Below, in pieces: positions 58,361 through 64,000 of a stretch of 64,000 nt of DNA. The stretch is from Promethearchaeota archaeon (GTDB lineage Archaea; Asgardarchaeota; Lokiarchaeia; Sigyniarchaeales; SOKP01). A program made the position numbers and the translations under genes. The notes below the pieces were generated by a model. The model did no database searches, was not told the origin of the DNA, and saw only the letters and a list, made by a program, of their open reading frames with translations. The stretch spans positions 1 to 64,000 of the forward strand of contig JAEOTZ010000014.1 in NCBI GenBank assembly GCA_016839585.1, read 5' to 3'. Positions within the stretch are counted from its first letter, which is position 1. Each line of letters opens with the position of its first letter.

Positions 58361-59725
58361 TTATTGTTTTATTTGATTGTAAGCTTTTACAAATCTCTCA
58401 ACAGCTAATTCGATATCTCTCGTAGTTGCACCAATGGCAGCATTCATAACAATATAAGGAGTTGTATAATTTTCACAACATGTTCCAAACGCTGTTTCTT
58501 TTGTATTGTAGACTCTTGGACCAGTTACCCGCAAATTGTATAAAGCACCTCCAAGGTTATATAGTTGTTCTTCTTCTAAGTTTTTTAAAGATAATGCTAC
58601 TGCTATTGGATTATAAATATCAAGAATTCTTTCATTAATTTTTTCTGCTACTACTTTTAGTTTTTTTTCTAATATTTTACGATTCTGCTGTTGTTCTTCA
58701 ATTAATTCTTGATATCCATTGATTCCTAATGAAAGAATTGAAATTAAAAAGTTAACAACTGGAGTGGCTGATGCACGTCCAGCATAAGCTTGACTAATTT
58801 TAATTATAATTTCTTTGCTAGGTGATGCTATTATTGCACCTCCAACTGGTGTTAGAAAGTTTTTGTCAGTTGATTGAATTATCGCATCTACTCTACCAGC
58901 ATCTATAGCAGCTCTAATTAGTTTCATCCATTCAGGACTTTGAGCCCCATATGCATTTATAATAATATGTACTAGGTTATTTTCTTGCGCAAATTTACTA
59001 ATTTCTTTGATATCATCAGATTCTCTAGGAGGAAAAAAACTGGTAGTTGAAACAATAGCAAAGCAATCATTATCTAGATTAGATTTAATATCTTCAACAG
59101 GTATTCTCACAGCATCTCTAAAAATTTTTCCTTTAACGATTTTTGCCCAAAAACCCATTAATTCAATTGATTTTAATAATGATTTATGATCAATTTGTGG
59201 CAGCAACACCTTTCTCTTATGAAGTAGTTTAGAATCATCCCAATCTGGTCTTAATGCTCCTAAACATAAAGATAAAGACATTCCAGTACATAAAGGCACT
59301 ACAATTGCTTCTTTTATATTTGGCAATCCAATATTTTTCAATAAATTTCGCGCTAAATAATTGGTAATTTCATACATTATTGATCCTCCAGGTGCTTTAG
59401 GTTGTGGAGCTGTTAAAAATCCACTTCTACCTACACCATGACAAAATCCAGCCGAAGTTTTCAAATGAAGTTTTGACGCAATTCTAGCCTCTCTTTCACC
59501 TACCCTAGCAGCGTTATCATCCTTGTCTGTATCCATGTTTGAAAGTGTTTCAAGTAAGAATTCTATTTGTTCATCCCTCCACGGTTCTTTTGGAACACTT
59601 TTCTGTTCAAATAAGTTCTTTATTGGTTTTAAGAAATTATTTAATACAACCTGTCCTCGATTCAGCATATTTTGAGGAATAGATGAACTTTTAAAATATT
59701 TAATAATCTCGTGAAAATTTACCAT
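58361..59725 (-). CDS. spcS: O-phosphoseryl-tRNA(Sec) selenium transferase (SepSecS); start corrected to ATG at 59725
   Basis: GEREAR, HGVGRSG...QPKA.G.S, TGM, DHKS, NAYG, RVD..IQSTDKNF..PVGG, Y.GRAS; the ORF-track extension overlaps tRNA-Sec. Confidence 0.95.
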   Translation of the reverse strand: MVNFHEIIKYFKSSSIPQNMLNRGQVVLNNFLKPIKNLFEQKSVPKEPWRDEQIEFLLETLSNMDTDKDDNAARVGEREARIASKLHLKTSAGFCHGVGRSGFLTAPQPKAPGGSIMYEITNYLARNLLKNIGLPNIKEAIVVPLCTGMSLSLCLGALRPDWDDSKLLHKRKVLLPQIDHKSLLKSIELMGFWAKIVKGKIFRDAVRIPVEDIKSNLDNDCFAIVSTTSFFPPRESDDIKEISKFAQENNLVHIIINAYGAQSPEWMKLIRAAIDAGRVDAIIQSTDKNFLTPVGGAIIASPSKEIIIKISQAYAGRASATPVVNFLISILSLGINGYQELIEEQQQNRKILEKKLKVVAEKINERILDIYNPIAVALSLKNLEEEQLYNLGGALYNLRVTGPRVYNTKETAFGTCCENYTTPYIVMNAAIGATTRDIELAVERFVKAYNQIKQ

Positions 59726-59751
59726 AAAATTCACATCAAAAATTTTAAAAA

Positions 59752-59903
59752 TGGCGGCCCCCAGGGGGATATTCTTAAAAAGAGTAAATCTCTTTTTATA
59801 TCGAACCCCTATCCCTCCGCAGGATAACTGGGTTTGAAGCCCAGCGTCAAAGACCACTTATCGTCGAGGATCGGAATGACCACCAATTCGACCGCTAGGG
59901 GCC
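59752..59903 (-). tRNA. selC: tRNA-Sec(UCA), 9/4 fold, with two introns (29 nt in the D stem 59858..59886; 30 nt in the T loop 59770..59799), CCA encoded
   Basis: 9-bp acceptor GGCCCCTAG/CTGGGGGCC, G73, 4-bp T stem, 6-bp anticodon stem with loop CT-TCA-AA (59835..59837), long variable arm; spliced D arm GTCGAAG-TGGT-CTTTGAC; 93-nt product. Confidence 0.92.
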
Positions 59904-59968
59904 ACAATATTTTATTTTTTAATTTAATTTATCAATTAATTTAAATGAATTTTATGATTTTGTTTTAT

Positions 59969-60637
59969 TTATTTGATTATTCGATCTTTAATATCTTTAC
60001 AATTTATACGTCTACAGCCAGGGGTCATCAGTCCGATATTGTAAATATTATCTATGAAATTAACTATAATATGTGAAGTTGCACCGAAGACAACATATTT
60101 TTTTCCATTAGGTGCTCTATAATTAAATTTTCCAACACCGATAAGATCTCCTTTAAGCAGGTATGTTCTTTCTCTATAATTTTTTTTTTCAGCGAAAAAA
60201 GATATCGGAATTTTTACTATTTCCTTTACTTCTTCATCTTGCTTTATCATTGTCTGATTTTCATTAATATAAGCAACAAATGCAGTAATTATAAAACCTT
60301 TTGGTGTTAAATGATCATCAATACAACCTAATAATTTTGCATTCGATTTTGGAATTCCCAGCTCCTCCTCTAATTCTCGTAATGCGGTATCCAAAAATGT
60401 TTTATCTAATTTTGAGTCAAATTTTCCACCAGGAAAAGACATTTCTCCAGAATGCTTATCCCCTTCTCTCTTAGTACGCCTAATCATTACCAAGTCAAAA
60501 GGTTTATCTTGATAAGGAATTATTAAGAATATTATAGCGGAATTTATAAAATGTTCATGGTGCATGGAAAATCTATCTGAAGAATTGAAATCTTTTAATT
60601 TACTTTTGATTAAATTTTCATCAAAAATAAGAATCAA
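59969..60637 (-). CDS. CoA pyrophosphatase-type Nudix hydrolase
   Basis: HSGEMSFPGGK, ALRELEEELG, VFGATS. Confidence 0.88.
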   Translation of the reverse strand: MILIFDENLIKSKLKDFNSSDRFSMHHEHFINSAIIFLIIPYQDKPFDLVMIRRTKREGDKHSGEMSFPGGKFDSKLDKTFLDTALRELEEELGIPKSNAKLLGCIDDHLTPKGFIITAFVAYINENQTMIKQDEEVKEIVKIPISFFAEKKNYRERTYLLKGDLIGVGKFNYRAPNGKKYVVFGATSHIIVNFIDNIYNIGLMTPGCRRINCKDIKDRIIK

Positions 60638-60663
60638 TATTTCACACCAATTTATTCAAAATC

Positions 60664-61374
60664 TTAAAATTCTTTAGTAATTTGATTTCTATGTTTGATA
60701 TATTCTTTGACATATTTCGTTTTGTCAATTTTAAACCGCTTTAATCCGAGTTCTGATAAATCAAATTCATATACTCTTTCAATGAAATTAGAAATCATAT
60801 ATGCGGTTGCTCCCCATACGGTATATTTCTTTCCATTTTCTTTATCTACATAATTAAAATAAAAAACTGGGAACTTATTGCCATTGATATCGACGGCTTG
60901 TTCTCGAAAGTTTGTTTTGTTTTTAAAAAAATCAATAGGGATCTTAACAATTTCCTGAACTTCTCTTGGATCTTTTATTAATTTTTGGTTCTTATTAATA
61001 ATTCCGATAAATGGAGTAATGATATATTTGGTCATTGTAGGAAAGTCATCTAGACAACCAATAATTTCAATTTTTTCTCTTGGAACACCAATTTCCTCTT
61101 CTGCTTCTCTTAAAGCAGTATCTTCTAAAGATTTGTCAAATTGAGATTCGTATTTTCCACCTGGAAATGACATTTCTCCTCTATGTCTTGTCCCCTTATC
61201 TGTACGATGAATTAGAATTAGATCGTAAGGTTTATTTTTATAAGGTATAATAGAGAATAGAACTGCTGAACTTGTAAAAAACTCATCACTTAAAGAGATT
61301 CTTAAAGGTGAATCACATGGAAATAGTCTATTTTTTATTAAGTTTTCATCAAATGTTAAATCTAAATCATCCAT
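60664..61374 (-). CDS. CoA pyrophosphatase-type Nudix hydrolase (tandem paralog)
   Basis: HRGEMSFPGGK, ALREAEEEIG, VWGATA. Confidence 0.9.
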   Translation of the reverse strand: MDDLDLTFDENLIKNRLFPCDSPLRISLSDEFFTSSAVLFSIIPYKNKPYDLILIHRTDKGTRHRGEMSFPGGKYESQFDKSLEDTALREAEEEIGVPREKIEIIGCLDDFPTMTKYIITPFIGIINKNQKLIKDPREVQEIVKIPIDFFKNKTNFREQAVDINGNKFPVFYFNYVDKENGKKYTVWGATAYMISNFIERVYEFDLSELGLKRFKIDKTKYVKEYIKHRNQITKEF

Positions 61375-61460
61375 ATTAGAATTAGCAAAAATTTTAAAAT
61401 ATCAAATATTTAAGAAATATAATCTTTTATCCTAAAAAAGTTTTTAGAAAGTGTATAACT

Positions 61461-61754
61461 GTGAAACTTCCGAAAGAACTGAGAGATAAGAATGATTTAA
61501 CTAGAGTAGGTAAAGTGAAAACATGTTCAGTAAAAGGATGTAGTGAGAACGCTATTCGTTCACTTTCAGAAAATACTTGGAAAAAGTATCTGGAAAAAGC
61601 CCATCTTAAATTTGAAGAAAATCGATTTCATAAAATTTATTTGTGTAAAGCTCATTATAATCAATCAAACAAGTTTAGAAAATCTCAGGAGAAGATATAT
61701 CGGAAAAAGGGTTTTTTAGAAAATGCTGCCAAAAAAGGAATAAGGGAGTATTAG
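61461..61754 (+). CDS. Small basic Zn-binding hypothetical protein
   Basis: CSVKGC...A.RS and YLCKAHY, a treble-clef-like ligand set. Confidence 0.6.
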   Translation: MKLPKELRDKNDLTRVGKVKTCSVKGCSENAIRSLSENTWKKYLEKAHLKFEENRFHKIYLCKAHYNQSNKFRKSQEKIYRKKGFLENAAKKGIREY

Positions 61755-61876
61755 GGAATCACTGCCATCAGCTCATAGAGTTGACTTATTACGGCAAATT
61801 GGCCTTCCATAATTCCTAGTGTAAATAGTGACAATCCTAATAAGAGTAATATAATTGCAATTAATTTATTCCTCAT
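61751..61876 (-). CDS. Possible 41-aa membrane peptide
   Basis: Hand translation MRNKLIAIILLLLGLSLFTLGIMEGQFAVISQLYELMAVIP; fills the gap downstream of 61927..62805. Confidence 0.4.
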   Translation of the reverse strand: MRNKLIAIILLLLGLSLFTLGIMEGQFAVISQLYELMAVIP

Positions 61877-61926
61877 TTTTATCAAATTTTGAAATTATTC
61901 TTAATTATAAAAATTTGCTTTATAAT

Positions 61927-62805
61927 TTATTTTGTTAGTTCTTCTAATGTATCAACCTTTGCTGTTATTTTTTTTAATTTTAAGTCAAAATTTTTATCAT
62001 TCTCTTTGTATTCTTCTTCAGATATCTCCTTAGCAGAGAATCTACCTTTATTAAGTTTTCGCTCACTTGCTAATTCTGCTTTTTCCAATTTCAATTCTTG
62101 AATCCATAATTTCATTCCAACAACTAAGTCTTCTTTCTCAATTTCTAAATCTATTTTTTCTTGCTTATATTTTTCTCTTAGTTTTTCAAAAGTTTCTCGA
62201 TCTATTTTATGTAACTTGTGTTCTCTTGTTAAATTCTCAAGCTGAAAAATTTTAGATTCAATATTACTATTGAGCTTCTGAACTATGAATGGTTCTTCCA
62301 TTTTTTGCTTAATAACTTTTTCATTTTGTTTAAGTTCCTCAATAAGTGCTTTAACAGCTTCTAATTTTATATTCACTTCTTTTTTAAAGTTGTTATCCCA
62401 TTCATACCTAGAATCTTTTGTAGATATTAGAATTTCATCTAATTTTTCAGTTAATACTTTCTTATTTAATTGGATGTCATTATATTCAATGTAAAAAACT
62501 ATTTGCTCTTTTACTTCTTCAGGTAGAGGTTTTACTTCTTTCTTTTCTTTTCCTTTTTTCCACTTTTTCTTCTCTTTTTCTACGCTTTTCTCTTCTAATC
62601 GTTCCGCTTTTTCTATTTTTTCATCCGATATTAATTCATCTAGTTTCTCCTTAGTTTCTTTCTCTTTTTTAGTATCTTTTATTTCAGGAGCTTTTTCTGA
62701 CTTTGGGATGCCAGTAAGCATAGGTTTTCCGCATATGATACAAAATTTATCTGATTGTTTTACTGGGTTTCCACAGTATGGACAAAATTTTGGCATTTTA
62801 TTCAA
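61927..62805 (-). CDS. Zinc-ribbon plus CdvA-like coiled-coil protein
   Basis: CPYC...CIIC; two spaced helical motifs HKIDRETFEKLREKY and KEISEEEYKE within a coiled coil. Confidence 0.55.
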   Translation of the reverse strand: MNKMPKFCPYCGNPVKQSDKFCIICGKPMLTGIPKSEKAPEIKDTKKEKETKEKLDELISDEKIEKAERLEEKSVEKEKKKWKKGKEKKEVKPLPEEVKEQIVFYIEYNDIQLNKKVLTEKLDEILISTKDSRYEWDNNFKKEVNIKLEAVKALIEELKQNEKVIKQKMEEPFIVQKLNSNIESKIFQLENLTREHKLHKIDRETFEKLREKYKQEKIDLEIEKEDLVVGMKLWIQELKLEKAELASERKLNKGRFSAKEISEEEYKENDKNFDLKLKKITAKVDTLEELTK

Positions 62806-62993
62806 TTTTTATATTATATTTTTTTATATGATATTCTAAACTAAAATAATAAATAAAATTAATTGAGACCGATTTTTGAAATTTGAATTTAAAATAATTT
62901 GTTCCTTAATTTTTTTACATTAAATTATTATTATTTTATCGTTTTATATAATGGGAATTTATTTATTTTGCTTATCTTTTTTTGTAATTAGAA

Positions 62994-64000
62994 ATGGAGA
63001 TTGAAAAGAAAATCCCTGTCCATATCGGATTATTTGGTCATATTGACTGTGGCAAAACTGCAATAGCCGAGGTATTAAGTGAGATAATTTCAACCGCTGG
63101 TATCGATGCTCATCCACAAAGTAAAGAAAGAGGAATTACAATTGATTTAGGATTCACTAGTTTTGTCCTTGATAAATATTTAATCACATTAGTAGACAGT
63201 CCTGGTCATGCTGATTTAATAAAGATTAGTGCCTCATCAGTGGAAATTATCGATTACGCTCTAGTGATTATTGATATAAATAAAGGTCCTCAAGTCCAAA
63301 CTGGTGAGCATTTAGTTATAATTCAATCACTCAAAATTGAAAAAATTCTTGTTGTTCTTAATAAAATAGATCTTTTTACTGGAAATGTTAAAGATGAAAT
63401 TGAAAAAACAAGGAGATTTTTCAATTCTACATCATTTGGTTCAGATATCCCCATTTATGCCGTTTCTGCAAGAAGTAAGAGTGGATTTGAAGATTTAAAA
63501 TTGGGAATCTTAGAAATGATTAGCTCATTAGAAATCAAGAGAACCATTGATGGCAGTATTGTTATTCCAATTGATCATCATTTTCCAATCAAAGGAATGG
63601 GAGCAATTTTAACAGGTACAATTATGAGAGGGATAATAAAATTGAATGATAATCTAGAAATTTTGCCAATAAAATCTTCAGGAAGGGTTAAAAGTATTCA
63701 GATTTTTCATCAAAACGTTAATTCTGCAAAAGCTGGTGATCGTATCGGGATTAATATAAAAGGATTAGATGTTAGAAAAGTATTTAGGGGTTGTTATGCT
63801 ACTAATAATCCAGAATTATTCGATTTTTGTGATACTATTGAAGTAACTGTAAATAATAATGAATTATTCAAACCTAAAACTGGATTTGGTACTCAAATCC
63901 ACATCACAATTGGAATGGTAACTGTTGTTGGAAATATTTATCCCTTTTATGAGAGAGAAGGAAAAAGAATTCAAATTGCTATTTCAAATAATGAAGCAGA
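62994..64000 (+). CDS. selB: Selenocysteine-specific elongation factor SelB/eEFSec, partial (runs off window end)
   Basis: Hand translation: GHIDCGKT, STAGIDAHPQSKERGITIDLGF, LVDSPGHADLI, QTGEH, NKID, IDHHFPIKG.G..LTG; not in ORF track. Confidence 0.9.
   Translation, partial: MEIEKKIPVHIGLFGHIDCGKTAIAEVLSEIISTAGIDAHPQSKERGITIDLGFTSFVLDKYLITLVDSPGHADLIKISASSVEIIDYALVIIDINKGPQVQTGEHLVIIQSLKIEKILVVLNKIDLFTGNVKDEIEKTRRFFNSTSFGSDIPIYAVSARSKSGFEDLKLGILEMISSLEIKRTIDGSIVIPIDHHFPIKGMGAILTGTIMRGIIKLNDNLEILPIKSSGRVKSIQIFHQNVNSAKAGDRIGINIKGLDVRKVFRGCYATNNPELFDFCDTIEVTVNNNELFKPKTGFGTQIHITIGMVTVVGNIYPFYEREGKRIQIAISNNEA

Noticed and set aside
59726-59857. 44-codon N-terminal extension of SepSecS in the ORF track
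   Set aside because: It overlaps the tRNA-Sec gene on the same strand; SepSecS-like sequence begins at ATG 59725
82-62494. Many 60-120 aa ORFs antisense to or nested in longer genes (e.g. 82..333, 2653..2868, 6836..7138, 18392..18724, 44037..44402, 47431..47634)
   Set aside because: Shadow ORFs of well-supported genes without motifs of their own
1-64000. CRISPR arrays, rRNA genes, transposases or integrases
   Set aside because: No regularly spaced repeat-spacer pattern, no long GC-rich non-coding block and no recombinase motifs were seen

Overview
Very AT-rich archaeal chromosomal window, most consistent with an Asgard archaeon (Lokiarchaeia-like). This assignment is inferred from archaeal ribosomal proteins and ether-lipid enzymes occurring together with gelsolin-, Vps28-, Yip1-, longin- and CdvA-like proteins and an archaeal/eukaryotic-type selenocysteine machinery. 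Main contents: an ether-lipid cluster (kinase, GGR, GGGPS, DGGGPS); a GH94-like/Gfo oxidoreductase/IlvD/TPP-enzyme region; two orphan N6/N4 DNA methyltransferases; a radical SAM-HhH/DUF4130 pair; scattered shikimate-pathway genes; four tandem LITAF-like zinc-ribbon membrane proteins; rpl11-rpl1-rpl10-rpl12-secY-EMC3/DUF106 facing an inverted rpl34e-cmk-rpl14e-tRNA-Ser block; and a Sec locus (tRNA-Sec, SepSecS, partial SelB). The ORF track misses several signals that I read by hand: a tRNA-Sec(UCA) with two BHB-type introns (D stem and T loop) just upstream of SepSecS; a two-intron tRNA-Ile with the rare UAU anticodon; a divergent degenerate tRNA-like element; three genes with no in-frame ATG/GTG/TTG before their conserved N-termini (ATT/ATC initiation candidates, including rpl34e); GC-rich hairpin-forming segments inside secY; and an 84-bp duplication scar at the aroD 3' end. 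No CRISPR array, rRNA or transposase was seen. All protein calls come from motif recognition without database searches.
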